Positions 1 through 9,684 of a stretch of DNA of 64,000 nucleotides are shown here, in pieces. The notes under the pieces are model-generated. The model was not told the DNA's origin. It ran no database searches and saw only the letters and a list, made by a program, of their open reading frames with translations. A program made the position numbers and the translations under genes. Each line of letters opens with the position of its first letter. Position 1 is the stretch's first letter. The DNA is taken from sequence record MH791411.1. One strand, written 5' to 3'. The stretch is from Escherichia phage Ecwhy_1.

Positions 1-2741
1 CTATTACTGGTGATCTGACCGTATCTGGAACTGTTACCCCTGGTGCAATTGACCTAAGTACTACCGATATTAGTTCTAAATCCCTAAGTACTACTGAAGG
101 TGCTACAATTGGTGGTGACCTAGTTGTTAATGGTTCAATTGATTTAAGTTCTTCCAATGTTTCAGCAATTACCCTTGCTAGTTCTGGTAATACTACCGTT
201 GGTGGTAACCTAGTACTAACAACTGGTGTTGTAACTGGCAGCCCATCTGTATCTGGCAACCTTTCAGTTGCAGGTACTGCGGCAGTAACTGGTGCAACTA
301 CCCTAACTGATATCGTAAATATCGGTAAGAAAGTAACTGTAAGCACTGGTGGTATTCAAGTAGTTGCAGGTGGTATTAATACCGACGCTATATTAGTATC
401 CGGTGATACAACTTTAAACAACACTACTGTAAACACTACCTTAAATGTAACTGGTCAAAGTACAGTAGCTGCACTAAGTGCTGCATCTTTGAATGTATCT
501 GGTGATAGTACTGTTCAAAAACTAACAGTTGAAGGTGAATTGGTTCCACAAGGTGGTATCGACCTAACTGGTGCAGATATTTCTGCTAATAGTCTTGCAA
601 CTGCTTCAACAATCACTGCAACTGGACTAAGCACACTAAGTGGTGGTGTAAGTACTACTAATGTTACTGCATCTGGTACAGTGAATGCTGGTAGTTTGGA
701 TGTTACTAACAACGCAACCGTTGGTGGTAATTTGGGTGTAACTGGTTCATTAACTTCTGGTCCATTGAGTGTAACAGGTATTGCGAATATTACTGGTGTA
801 ACAACTGTTGGTTCATTGGTTTCCGGTGCAGTATCTGGTAGTACTGGTACATTTAGTTCAACATTAGGTGTAACTGGTGCAGCTACATTTGACAATGACG
901 TAACTGTTGAAGGTGTATTCACCCCAGCAGGTGGTTTAGACCTAACAACTTCTGATATTACGGCTAAGAGTTTGTCAGTATCTGAAACTATTCACTCTGA
1001 TGGTGCAGCTTCCTTTGGTGGTAACACAACAGTAGGTGGTACATTGGGTGTAACTGGTGCAGTAACTGCTCCATCGGCAACCCTAAGTGGTACTGGTACT
1101 GCACTAGCAGTAACTAATAATGCAACTATTGGTGGTACATTAGGTGTAACTGGTCAAGCATCACTTGGTTCTATAGTAACTTCTGGCGTTTCTGCAACAA
1201 GTGGCTCTTTCAGTACTACTCTTGGCGTTACTGGTGCTGCGACATTTGGTAACGATGTAACTGTAGTTGGAACACTAACTCCTGGTAGCTTAGATCTAAC
1301 TGGTGCAGATATCTCTGCTAAAACACTAACTCTATCTGAAACATTAAATGCAACAGGTAATACTACCCTTGGTGGAACATTAGGTGTAACTGGTTTAGCA
1401 ACAATTGGTGGAACACTAACGTCTGGTGCAGTAACTGCTCCATCTGCAACCTTGAATGGTTCAGGTACTGGTCTAGCAGTAACTAACAACGCAACCGTTG
1501 GTGGAACATTAGGTGTAGTTGGTCAAACAACACTAGGTTCTGTTAAAACTGGTGCAACTCTAACAGTTGGTACACCATTAGGTGAGCAGCCTGAAACTGT
1601 ACAGATTATGCCAGACACTTATATTGCTGGTAAACTACGTGTTGAAGGTGGTATTAACGCAGATATCGATGTTGGTGGACAAACACTAGAACCGTTTGCA
1701 GTAATAGCATCTGATTCTTTATCTTCTGCTGGTAATATTACTGCTGGTGCAGCAATTATTTCAAGTTCTGCAACAATTGGTGAAGTCGGTTCACAAAACA
1801 ACAACCTAATCGTTAATGGTAACGTTGTAAACAACGGTAACTTCACTGTTACTGGTGTACTAAATGCACAATTGAACCAAGCAGATTCCGATGTAGCTGT
1901 TAAGTCTTTGACTGCAACTAACAACGTATCTGCTGGAACCACATTAAGTGCAGGTACTGCAATTACTGCTGGTACTTCCATCACTGCAACTGGATTACTT
2001 AAAGGTAATACTTTAGAAGTTACTACTACTGGTTCATTTGGTGGTTTAGTAACTATGTCAAGTGGTGCAAATATCACTGGTGCAATGACCACTGCGGGTA
2101 ACATAACAGTGGGTGGCAATATCACTGCAACTGGTACTGCTGGATTCGCTGCAACAACCGTTTCTACAATTACAACAACAGGTTTGGCTACAATTGCAAG
2201 TGCATCCATTACTGGTAACGCAACAGTAGGTGGAACACTAACTGCGAATGGTAACGTAACATTAGGTGACGCAGCGGCAGACGTTCTAACCGTTAATGCA
2301 ACTTCATCATTTAAAGAAAATGCTGTGTTTGATAAGGCAGTAACAGTAACTGGTGCACTAACCACTACTAATGCTAACTTAACTACTACAACAGTAACTA
2401 CCAAAAAGTATGATGTAATCCCAACTCAAGTTACATCATCAGTAATTGCTCCAACCGGAACATGGACTCCAGATGGTACAAGTAACGTATACTTCATCAC
2501 TCTAGACCAAGATACCACGTTGGCTCCAATTACTGGCCTAATTGGTGGTGGTAAAGCTGCATCAGTATACATCTATGTTAAACAAGATACAACTGGTAAC
2601 AGAAACTTTACAACTGATGGTACTTATGCTGTTGTTGATGGTGAACTAAACAAAACTGCTGGTAGTGTGACCATTTACCAAGTAATTTATGATGGTGTAA
2701 GTCCAGTTACTGATTTGTTCATTGCACAACGTACTGCTTAA
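1..2741 (+). CDS. repeat-rich fibrous virion protein (tail-fibre-like), 5' end outside window
   Basis: Frame 3 is open from the first bases of the window to TAA at 2739-2741, so the listed ATG at 489 is internal. Gly/Thr/Val/Ser-rich protein with reiterated modules (TPxxLDLTxxDIxAKSL, GGTLGVTG, AVTAPSATL, LAVTNNATVGG). Confidence 0.7.
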   Translation, partial: ITGDLTVSGTVTPGAIDLSTTDISSKSLSTTEGATIGGDLVVNGSIDLSSSNVSAITLASSGNTTVGGNLVLTTGVVTGSPSVSGNLSVAGTAAVTGATTLTDIVNIGKKVTVSTGGIQVVAGGINTDAILVSGDTTLNNTTVNTTLNVTGQSTVAALSAASLNVSGDSTVQKLTVEGELVPQGGIDLTGADISANSLATASTITATGLSTLSGGVSTTNVTASGTVNAGSLDVTNNATVGGNLGVTGSLTSGPLSVTGIANITGVTTVGSLVSGAVSGSTGTFSSTLGVTGAATFDNDVTVEGVFTPAGGLDLTTSDITAKSLSVSETIHSDGAASFGGNTTVGGTLGVTGAVTAPSATLSGTGTALAVTNNATIGGTLGVTGQASLGSIVTSGVSATSGSFSTTLGVTGAATFGNDVTVVGTLTPGSLDLTGADISAKTLTLSETLNATGNTTLGGTLGVTGLATIGGTLTSGAVTAPSATLNGSGTGLAVTNNATVGGTLGVVGQTTLGSVKTGATLTVGTPLGEQPETVQIMPDTYIAGKLRVEGGINADIDVGGQTLEPFAVIASDSLSSAGNITAGAAIISSSATIGEVGSQNNNLIVNGNVVNNGNFTVTGVLNAQLNQADSDVAVKSLTATNNVSAGTTLSAGTAITAGTSITATGLLKGNTLEVTTTGSFGGLVTMSSGANITGAMTTAGNITVGGNITATGTAGFAATTVSTITTTGLATIASASITGNATVGGTLTANGNVTLGDAAADVLTVNATSSFKENAVFDKAVTVTGALTTTNANLTTTTVTTKKYDVIPTQVTSSVIAPTGTWTPDGTSNVYFITLDQDTTLAPITGLIGGGKAASVYIYVKQDTTGNRNFTTDGTYAVVDGELNKTAGSVTIYQVIYDGVSPVTDLFIAQRTA
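36..1560 (+). repeat. in-frame tandem repeat array (units of roughly 110-120 codons) inside the fibre gene
   Basis: Successive protein units beginning near nt 36, 546, 921 and 1275 share the same motif order (TPxGxLDLTxxDIxAKSL, GGTLGVTG, AVTAPSATL, LAVTNNATxGGTLGV). Confidence 0.7.
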
Positions 2742-2752
2742 TAATTATAATA

Positions 2753-2784
2753 AAAAAAACGGTGTCATCAATTATGGTGACACC
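2753..2784. terminator. hairpin downstream of fibre gene (possible weak or bidirectional terminator)
   Basis: Inverted repeat ggtgtca/tgacacc (2761-2784) preceded by an A-run 2753-2759; no clean T-run on the plus side. Confidence 0.4.
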
Positions 2785-2807
2785 ATCTTAACAAGTGAGG
2801 TAGATAT

Positions 2808-3587
2808 ATGTTTACATATGTAAAAGGTAGTTCTAAAGAAAATTATGAATTGGGTAACATCATCTCCAACCCAGTTGGTGTTAAGGGTTTAAAAGAACGC
2901 CCTGGGGCAACTCCAGATGATGAACAAACATATCGTTATTTGTACAGTGATATCCGTGCACTTTATGGTATTTCAAGTAAAGATGGTTCTGAAATTGAAC
3001 CTAATAACGCTGTTCGCAAAGAAGAGGGTTTCTGGTGGTTGGAATATAAGAATGTTGGTAATGTGAACGCAATTAATGAGAATTTGGAATATATTAAACT
3101 ACAAGATAGTAATCAACCAGTCATCACATTCTTAGAAGAAGCAGAAGGTGAATATAAAGAGTTAACAGTACTGAAAACTTATAATTATGTTGATATGGAC
3201 ATTGCAGCAGTTAAATCTGATCTGAAAGCACGCACAGTATCATCTCGTAGTGATCGTATTAATGCTGGTTATATGTTTAACGGTCATCGTTATAGTACTG
3301 ATCTAGCTGGTCGTCAAATGCTTCTTAATTATTATACACAAGTAACTTCCGGTTCTGATAGCGTTTCGATTTTCCTTGATGACGCAATTGTAAAACTATC
3401 TGCTGCTGAAATGACTCAACTATACACTGAAGCATTTGCTATGGTTGAATCCCTATTTGCAGAGTGTAATAAGCAATGTGCTGACATTGATGCAGTTCCT
3501 GATGCTGATGAAGATGCAATTTATAAAGCACAACAGGCGGCTGTATGGGTATATGAAGGTATTGATATTCCTGAGCGTATTCGTTAA
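2808..3587 (+). CDS. hypothetical protein, possibly a fibre accessory/assembly protein
   Basis: 259-aa ORF with gaggt RBS upstream of the ATG, sitting between two fibre genes; no motif I can name with certainty. Confidence 0.5.
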   Translation: MFTYVKGSSKENYELGNIISNPVGVKGLKERPGATPDDEQTYRYLYSDIRALYGISSKDGSEIEPNNAVRKEEGFWWLEYKNVGNVNAINENLEYIKLQDSNQPVITFLEEAEGEYKELTVLKTYNYVDMDIAAVKSDLKARTVSSRSDRINAGYMFNGHRYSTDLAGRQMLLNYYTQVTSGSDSVSIFLDDAIVKLSAAEMTQLYTEAFAMVESLFAECNKQCADIDAVPDADEDAIYKAQQAAVWVYEGIDIPERIR

Positions 3588-3593
3588 TTTATA

Positions 3594-3632
3594 TTTTTTT
3601 AAAGGTCAACTATGGTTGGCCTTTTCTTTTAT
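3594..3632 (+). terminator. rho-independent terminator
   Basis: Stem aaaggtcaac/gttggccttt (one mismatch) at 3601-3624 followed by a T-rich tract tcttttatc. Confidence 0.55.
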
Positions 3633-3678
3633 CTAAAATAAATACTTAATATATAATCTATTCTGAGGAAATATTTAA

Positions 3679-5643
3679 ATGAGTATAAATCGAATTAGAG
3701 GTGATGGTGGTGTAATTATAGATAGTCAGGCATTTCTAGAATTACCTAAAGCACCGACTAAAGAAACCGCTGATGTGGTTAGATCAGGGATGATTAGATA
3801 CAATAAAGGATGGAAAGCATTTGAAGGTGTACTAGACTTTGAAGATGGTTCAATGGCATATCGACGTTTTGCAAACCTAGATGCAAACGGTAAACTTCTT
3901 ACTTCCCAATTACCAGATTCAGTAACTAGTGGTTTACAATTTGTTGGTACATATAATCCCATCCCAGATGATATCGATCCACCTTTAGCACAAACTCCAC
4001 TACCAGCACCATCACCATCGCTTAATGGTGATTATTATGTCGTTCGTGGTATAATGGATGCCGCACAAGCACATTATGAAGCAAATAATCCACAAACAAG
4101 TCCTGTTACATTTACACCTACAAATCCAACTGGACAAGGTAATTGGATTGAAATTTTATATTATGTTGACTCTAATCCAAATATATCTGGTGCTAAACTA
4201 GTAACATACGCTTTTGCTAGAATTATTACTGCATCTATTCCCAGTACTGGACATGATGGCCTTGAAAATTTAGCAACAGATACTGACTTGACCAAACCAT
4301 TTGCATCTGGTGTTCCAATGAACCAAACTGCACTTTCAGATGGTGATTGGATTATTATAACTGAAGATAAGAATATACGTCTTCGTCAGTCAAGAACAAG
4401 CATTTCCGCTGCTTCAGTATTATATGACAATACTGTAATGATTGCAAATCATCGCCAATTTAGAACAAACGCAGGGACCGTTCAAACATCCATAGATAAC
4501 GTTGTGATTGAGTGTTTACGTAGAACTGGCGATTCCATGTATAATGATGGAACAGACGGCTCTGGGCGTTTTGGGGTGGTGTATGGCAGTGCAGCAGCAC
4601 CAGCATTGACATTTAATAATAATCCGTTTGACCCAACGAACAACCCAGGTAATGACCCAACTAAGTGGTCCGATGCTAATACTGGTATATTCCATCCAGC
4701 AGATGATGCAATTGGTTTTACAACAGCCGGAACTGAGCGTGTTAGAATTAATAATGGAACATTAACATTATTCCAAACTACCGCTACACCAGCAGCTACG
4801 CCAGTAATACGTTTTGATAATGCATCAAACACAAACGTAGGGATAAGTGCAAGTAGTAATATTATTTCTTTAAGTTCAATGAATAAAGTTCAAGTTGAAT
4901 TTAAAAATGGTGAATCACATTTTCATGGAAATATTATTGTAGATGGATCAACATCACTAACTGGTGATTTAAACGCAGGTAACATCACTGCCAGCGGGAA
5001 TTTAGTTGTTAAAGGTAATACAACACTAGGCGACACTACTGGTGACACTATTACAGTTAATGGTGTTAGTACTTATAATGCAAATACTAATTTCAATGGA
5101 ACTAATAACAAATTCAAAAACATAAACTTACTAGAGAATGGTGTATTCACATTAGAAAGTACTACAAACCAAAGTGATATAAAACTACTTGGTGCAGACT
5201 TACGTTTCACTATGGGAAGTTATGCTGATGTAAGTATATATGATAACGGTGTTATTCGTACTCGTTTCAACCGATATGGTATTCAATTACCAGTACTGGC
5301 TACAATTGATAACTCAGTTGGTGTTGATGGTATGATTGCATACTCAAATACCGAACGTACATCGATGCAGAAGGTCCAAGGACAATGGGTTCCAATTGGT
5401 TCTGGTTCTGTACGTACTGACCCGTTTACTGCGTCAGCGTGGGTTTTAAACGGCTCATATTACACATTAACAGTAACTGCTAGTAACATAGTAACTGCTG
5501 AAATTCAAGAACTCGTAAGTACTGGTGTTTACACTCGTGTTGAAGTTGATAGTGTTACATTCAATGGAACAAGCGTAGTGTTCAGTATTCCTGCAACTCC
5601 TGATGTGAGATTTGCCGGACGTACACTGGTTACATTAAGATAA
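3679..5643 (+). CDS. tail fibre protein
   Basis: 654 aa; N-terminus (GMIRYNKGWKAFEG) is the type commonly seen at tail-fibre N-termini, followed by Asn/Thr/Gly-rich beta-type sequence; GAGGAAA RBS. Confidence 0.65.
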   Translation: MSINRIRGDGGVIIDSQAFLELPKAPTKETADVVRSGMIRYNKGWKAFEGVLDFEDGSMAYRRFANLDANGKLLTSQLPDSVTSGLQFVGTYNPIPDDIDPPLAQTPLPAPSPSLNGDYYVVRGIMDAAQAHYEANNPQTSPVTFTPTNPTGQGNWIEILYYVDSNPNISGAKLVTYAFARIITASIPSTGHDGLENLATDTDLTKPFASGVPMNQTALSDGDWIIITEDKNIRLRQSRTSISAASVLYDNTVMIANHRQFRTNAGTVQTSIDNVVIECLRRTGDSMYNDGTDGSGRFGVVYGSAAAPALTFNNNPFDPTNNPGNDPTKWSDANTGIFHPADDAIGFTTAGTERVRINNGTLTLFQTTATPAATPVIRFDNASNTNVGISASSNIISLSSMNKVQVEFKNGESHFHGNIIVDGSTSLTGDLNAGNITASGNLVVKGNTTLGDTTGDTITVNGVSTYNANTNFNGTNNKFKNINLLENGVFTLESTTNQSDIKLLGADLRFTMGSYADVSIYDNGVIRTRFNRYGIQLPVLATIDNSVGVDGMIAYSNTERTSMQKVQGQWVPIGSGSVRTDPFTASAWVLNGSYYTLTVTASNIVTAEIQELVSTGVYTRVEVDSVTFNGTSVVFSIPATPDVRFAGRTLVTLR

Positions 5644-5650
5644 TAAAAAA

Positions 5651-5678
5651 GGGAGACATAAGTCTCCCTTTTCTTTTA
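5651..5678. terminator. bidirectional rho-independent terminator between convergent genes
   Basis: Perfect hairpin gggagac-ataa-gtctccc (5651-5668) flanked by aaaaaa upstream and ttttctttt downstream; lies between the plus-strand fibre gene (ends 5643) and minus-strand thyA (ends 5676). Confidence 0.7.
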
Positions 5679-6605
5679 TACAGCCATTGGTGCTTTGATT
5701 GTTGGCATTGGATCGTAATTAACTAATTTGAAAGAATCCATAGTGAAATCTTCAATATCAGTAATAGTAGGATCTAGCCATAATTCTGGTAATGTACGTG
5801 GTTCACGTTGGAGTTGCTCTTTTACTTGTTCAATATGGTTTTGATAGATATGGCAGTCGCCACCATTCCAAATAAATTCACCAACATCTAACCCTGTAAT
5901 TTGTGCAATCATATGAGTTAGTAGTGAGTAACTACTAATATTAAATGGCACACCAAGGAATAGATCAGCACTACGTTGATGAAGAATACAACTTAGTTTA
6001 CCCTGTACAACACAAAACTGCACAAAGCTATGACAGGGTGGCAAAGTCATAGCATCAAGCTCACCAACGTTCCATGCACTTAGAATGTGACGACGACCGT
6101 ATGGATCAGTATTGATACCTTCAATAACTTGTTTTAGCTGGTCAGTTACACGACGCATAATAACACCATGTGAACCAGTATAATCAATAACTTTATACCC
6201 TTTATCTTTTAGTTCTTGAATTTCTTCAGTACTGGAACTGAATTTATAATCTTCCCATTCACGCCATTGTTTACCATAAACTGGGCCAAGCTCACCATCA
6301 GAATACCCAAGGCTTACACCTTGATTAAGGTAGTTGTCTGTCCAAATTGTTTTCTTTTCTACATCACGTGTCCCGTGTAAAATTTCACACAGACGACGCT
6401 CATCGTGAGAACCTTCAATAAACCATAACAATTCTGAAGTCATTGCTTTCCAAGCCAAACGTTTAGTAGTTACTGCTGGGAAACCTTCTTTTAGGTCAAA
6501 ACGCATTTGTTGTCCGATTAGCTTGATAGTGCCAACACCAGTACGATCAACGCTTTCGACACCTTGATCCAGAATTCTTTGATATAGTTCTTGTAGTTGT
6601 TTCAT
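5676..6605 (-). CDS. thyA: thymidylate synthase (ThyA/Td)
   Basis: Canonical ThyA motifs: RTGVGT, GFPAVTTKRLAWK, GPVYGKQWR, ILSAWN, LPPCH catalytic Cys, LGVPFNISSY. Uninterrupted ORF, no intron. Confidence 0.9.
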   Translation of the reverse strand: MKQLQELYQRILDQGVESVDRTGVGTIKLIGQQMRFDLKEGFPAVTTKRLAWKAMTSELLWFIEGSHDERRLCEILHGTRDVEKKTIWTDNYLNQGVSLGYSDGELGPVYGKQWREWEDYKFSSSTEEIQELKDKGYKVIDYTGSHGVIMRRVTDQLKQVIEGINTDPYGRRHILSAWNVGELDAMTLPPCHSFVQFCVVQGKLSCILHQRSADLFLGVPFNISSYSLLTHMIAQITGLDVGEFIWNGGDCHIYQNHIEQVKEQLQREPRTLPELWLDPTITDIEDFTMDSFKLVNYDPMPTIKAPMAV

Positions 6606-7198
6606 TTTACGTCCTTGAAAAATGTAATAAAGTGTTCCATGTGTTTTTGTGTAGCATTACGTGAACCAATCCCAGTCCAATTACCGTGTGGTGCTGGTAT
6701 TGAGAATGTTTCAGTAAACTCTTTCAGTACTGTATCATAATAAAATACAGAGCGAGTGTTCATATCATAACAATATATTTCTGGATTGTCAACTGAATCC
6801 ATATACATCTGTACGGCCCATGCAGTTCCACCTGAAACTTGCGTAGGTGATGTAATATTTGCAATACAATATACTCTTTTTGTATTAAGTATCTGGTAAC
6901 TATTCCTTGCAAGTAAGTTATATACATACGAACCAGGCTTAGGAACTTTACGGCGTAAAGAGTAACATGCAATGTTTAATTGTTTTAATATTGAACTATC
7001 ACAAAGGATATTGGGTGGAATTTCTAATATAGTATTTTCATCTACGCTGCTTTGGTGACCCTTGAATGAAAAATTTATTACTTCAAATCCATTGTCTTTT
7101 GCATAGATAGAAAAAAGGCGGTCAGCACCTGCTGCCCCGCCACTGAAACATACATTAGATAAACCATTGATTGCTTCATCTAATTCTATTTTATTCAT
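6602..7198 (-). CDS. hypothetical protein with Rossmann-like glycine motif (SLOG/DprA-like?)
   Basis: 198 aa; motif FSGGAAGADRLFSIYA resembles the Gly-rich loop of SLOG/DprA-type folds; stop overlaps the thyA start (ATGA). Family assignment tentative. Confidence 0.5.
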   Translation of the reverse strand: MNKIELDEAINGLSNVCFSGGAAGADRLFSIYAKDNGFEVINFSFKGHQSSVDENTILEIPPNILCDSSILKQLNIACYSLRRKVPKPGSYVYNLLARNSYQILNTKRVYCIANITSPTQVSGGTAWAVQMYMDSVDNPEIYCYDMNTRSVFYYDTVLKEFTETFSIPAPHGNWTGIGSRNATQKHMEHFITFFKDVK

Positions 7199-7203
7199 TT
7201 ATA

Positions 7204-7857
7204 TTATTTTGCTTTACGTTCAGCAAATGCCTGTTTAACTTTCTCAATTGCTTTGGTTTGTGAAATTCCTTCTGGGATTTCAATATAGAAAGTTTTGCTA
7301 TCAGGTGCTACAGGTGTTGCTTGAACTTGTGGACGTAGAGATGGTTCTAAGTTGTAAGCACGTTCAAAGTGCTCTTTAGCCAACTGCTCATAACGTTGTG
7401 CATCTTTAAGTAGTTGCTCAACAATGGTAGCTTCTTCAACAGAAGTATCGACTTCTTGTGGCTTGAATGGGTTGTATTCTTTAACTTTACCATCTTCATG
7501 TTTTTTAGCATCATTATCATTGATTGCGTTGTTTAGAACATCAAGAGAAATCTTACTGTTTCCACCAACATGCATATCAATATCACAAGTACGTGCACGA
7601 CGCAAATGTTGTAGATTATGAAGAACATCTAGCATTTTGCGACCGTCTAGATGACCAATCTTATGCATAACTTCCCACAAATCTACATTCGATTGACCTT
7701 GATTCATTACTAAATCTGCAACAGATTGAGCATATGCTTCAGGAAGTGAGTCGCGATAAACAATGAGACAATGTTCTGGATCATCAGGGAGTGAACGCCA
7801 TACCACAAATACTCGTGAACCCGTATTACGTACTACACCAACGTGACGAATAGCCAT
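7204..7857 (-). CDS. hypothetical protein
   Basis: 217-aa ORF with ATG start, in a tight minus-strand array. Confidence 0.5.
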   Translation of the reverse strand: MAIRHVGVVRNTGSRVFVVWRSLPDDPEHCLIVYRDSLPEAYAQSVADLVMNQGQSNVDLWEVMHKIGHLDGRKMLDVLHNLQHLRRARTCDIDMHVGGNSKISLDVLNNAINDNDAKKHEDGKVKEYNPFKPQEVDTSVEEATIVEQLLKDAQRYEQLAKEHFERAYNLEPSLRPQVQATPVAPDSKTFYIEIPEGISQTKAIEKVKQAFAERKAK

Positions 7858-7859
7858 TA

Positions 7860-8090
7860 TTATTCTCCTTTATTTTGTTCAGCAGCAGCTTGTGCAGCAT
7901 CAGCTTCTTCTTGTGCTTTGATATCTTCGAGTGCAGAGTTAGCAAACTCAACAAACTTAGATACGACTGGAGCAACATCAACAAGTTCTTCGACTTTAAA
8001 TGAATTACGAGCCACAGCAGCTTCCATGATTTTAGCAGCGTTGATTAGGTCGATTAGGGTTAGTTGAATTTTTTCTGGTTCTTGTTCCAT
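7860..8090 (-). CDS. hypothetical small acidic protein
   Basis: Track ORF 7860..8189; the ATG at 8090 (MEQEPEK) has a GGAGAG RBS, the upstream starts do not. Confidence 0.45.
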   Translation of the reverse strand: MEQEPEKIQLTLIDLINAAKIMEAAVARNSFKVEELVDVAPVVSKFVEFANSALEDIKAQEEADAAQAAAEQNKGE

Positions 8091-8199
8091 TTTAATACTC
8101 TCCATGTATGTTGTTACAAATATAATTATATCACCTTTTTCCAAGCTGTCCCGCTGAAAAAAGTAGAGAACGGAATTTTCCGTTCTCATTATTTAGTAC

Positions 8200-9609
8200 T
8201 TAGCTACGTTGACGCTTTTTGTCAGCTTCATATTCGTAGTGTACAGTTTCGCCAAATGGTGCTTGTTTGTTAGGATTACTGTGGATAACAAACAGTGTCT
8301 TACAGTAATCAGGATCACCCCATGACTGCCACGGCTCACCATCTGTAAACATAATAAGCTGTTTAGGCTTATAGTTGTCATGCTTCATATGAACCCATAC
8401 TGCTTCAAAGTCAGTACCACCACCACCTTTCACTGGATATTCGAGAATCTTACTCTCTTCACCAGTTTTGTAATCTTTCACAGTATAAACTTCAGTATCG
8501 AACGTCATGATACGGATTTTAAATTGTTTAAACTGCTTAGTGATACCCAGTACTTCACTGATGAAATCACGGAGCATATCTTCAGAGATAGAACCGGATG
8601 CATCTAGTGCAATTGCAATATCAATATCATCATCTGGTTTCATACCAGGGAAGATTGGATTCCCGTAGAATGAACCAGAACTACCAAAACCAGCACCCCA
8701 TGAACGACGATTAGGATTTTGATAAGTTGCATCAGACTTCAACCAGCTACGCAGTGTGCGGTGAAGTTTGGAACGCCAGTCAATCTTAGGTTCTTTGAAG
8801 TTGTTAATCATACGTGCGATTTCAGCAGGAGTACCACCTGCACGAGCAGCATTCATCATTGCTGTTTTGAAATCATCCATATAATCACGTTTTTGTTTAT
8901 CACTTGAACCACCTTCTTGACCTTCTTGTGGAACGTCATGCTGGTCGATTGTTGTACCTTTGCCTTTACCATCTTTGATATCACCAAAAGTACCGCGTGA
9001 TTTACCTTCACCCTCACCACTACCAGCCTGTGGATTTCCTTCACCTTCTCCGTCTTGATCCTGCTTATCTTCTTCTTCGAGAATGTTATAAATCTCTTCA
9101 GCAGTCATACCATCGTACTTTTTATCGTACAGCCATTGGCTTTGGATTTTACCAATTTTATCACGAACAAGAATCTGGTTAATTGCATAGTCAGCAGCAC
9201 GGTTATAACGCTGCGGGTCACGCATACCACGACGCAAGAAGTGGTCATATGCACAGTGAAGAATCTCATGACAGATAACTGCAATCAGGTTTTCATCGGT
9301 CAAACCTTCTGTCATTTCTTTAAGTTGTTCTTCAGTTACTTCAGGATGTTTCTCACGAATTGCTTCTTCGTATGCTGACTTTTTGGATTGGTCCTGAATA
9401 CCCATGATGAATTCTACGTTGTAGAATAAATGCTTACCATCTACAGCCAAAGTACGACACCATGTGTTGTTTGCAACTGGACGCAGACGAGAAGCCAGTA
9501 CACCAAAGAATGGGAATGTTAGCATTAAAGATGTGCGAGCTAAGATCAGACGATCTTGACATTCTTTCTGGAGAGCCGGAGTAACATCACTGAAACGTTT
9601 ATCTGACAT
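8200..9609 (-). CDS. VWA-domain protein with N-terminal HExxH metallopeptidase-like motif (CobT/DUF2201-like partner of MoxR ATPases)
   Basis: 469 aa; HEILHCAYDH in the N-terminal half; VWA MIDAS-like motif DIAIALDASGSIS in the C-terminal half; Gly/Glu-rich linker; GAGGA RBS. Confidence 0.7.
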   Translation of the reverse strand: MSDKRFSDVTPALQKECQDRLILARTSLMLTFPFFGVLASRLRPVANNTWCRTLAVDGKHLFYNVEFIMGIQDQSKKSAYEEAIREKHPEVTEEQLKEMTEGLTDENLIAVICHEILHCAYDHFLRRGMRDPQRYNRAADYAINQILVRDKIGKIQSQWLYDKKYDGMTAEEIYNILEEEDKQDQDGEGEGNPQAGSGEGEGKSRGTFGDIKDGKGKGTTIDQHDVPQEGQEGGSSDKQKRDYMDDFKTAMMNAARAGGTPAEIARMINNFKEPKIDWRSKLHRTLRSWLKSDATYQNPNRRSWGAGFGSSGSFYGNPIFPGMKPDDDIDIAIALDASGSISEDMLRDFISEVLGITKQFKQFKIRIMTFDTEVYTVKDYKTGEESKILEYPVKGGGGTDFEAVWVHMKHDNYKPKQLIMFTDGEPWQSWGDPDYCKTLFVIHSNPNKQAPFGETVHYEYEADKKRQRS

Positions 9610-9629
9610 TTGTATTTCCTCGTTTAGTT

Positions 9630-9660
9630 AAGATAAAAGAAGGATACCATGTGGTATCCT
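9630..9660 (-). terminator. intergenic hairpin with U-run (partial terminator/attenuator between ATPase and VWA genes)
   Basis: Palindrome aggatacc-atgt-ggtatcct (9641-9660); on the minus strand it is followed by tcttttatct. Confidence 0.45.
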
Positions 9661-9684
9661 CCTTGTCAACACTCTTTTTAATTA

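Noticed and set aside
36-1560. CRISPR array or other spacer-repeat structure
   Set aside because: The only regular repeats are long in-frame coding repeats of the fibre gene; no short direct repeats with unique spacers occur anywhere in the window.
515-2404. Minus-strand ORFs 515..922, 1154..1489 and 1619..2404 inside the plus-strand fibre gene
   Set aside because: They lie antisense to a long, clearly coding, repeat-rich ORF and are Val/Thr/Pro-rich mirror translations of its Gly/Thr/Val codons: shadow ORFs.
3436-3636. Plus-strand 66-aa ORF overlapping the end of 2808..3587 and the terminator
   Set aside because: Out-of-frame overlap with a better-supported gene, low-complexity Leu/Phe sequence, and it runs through the terminator hairpin.
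5676-6605. Group I intron in thyA or nrdD, as in phage T4
   Set aside because: Both genes are single uninterrupted ORFs with all conserved motifs in frame; no inserted homing-endonuclease ORF.
7424-9378. Several plus-strand ORFs (7424..7621, 7843..8067, 8064..8273, 8380..8607, 8719..8907, 8997..9182, 9055..9378)
   Set aside because: All are antisense to longer minus-strand genes with recognisable domains (VWA protein and others) and have Cys/Phe/Leu-rich compositions typical of AT-rich antisense frames.
9640-9670. Additional sigma70 promoter (TTGACA at 9664-9669) upstream of the VWA gene
   Set aside because: The matching -10 (TATCCT) is poor and overlaps the intergenic hairpin; more likely part of the terminator/RBS region.
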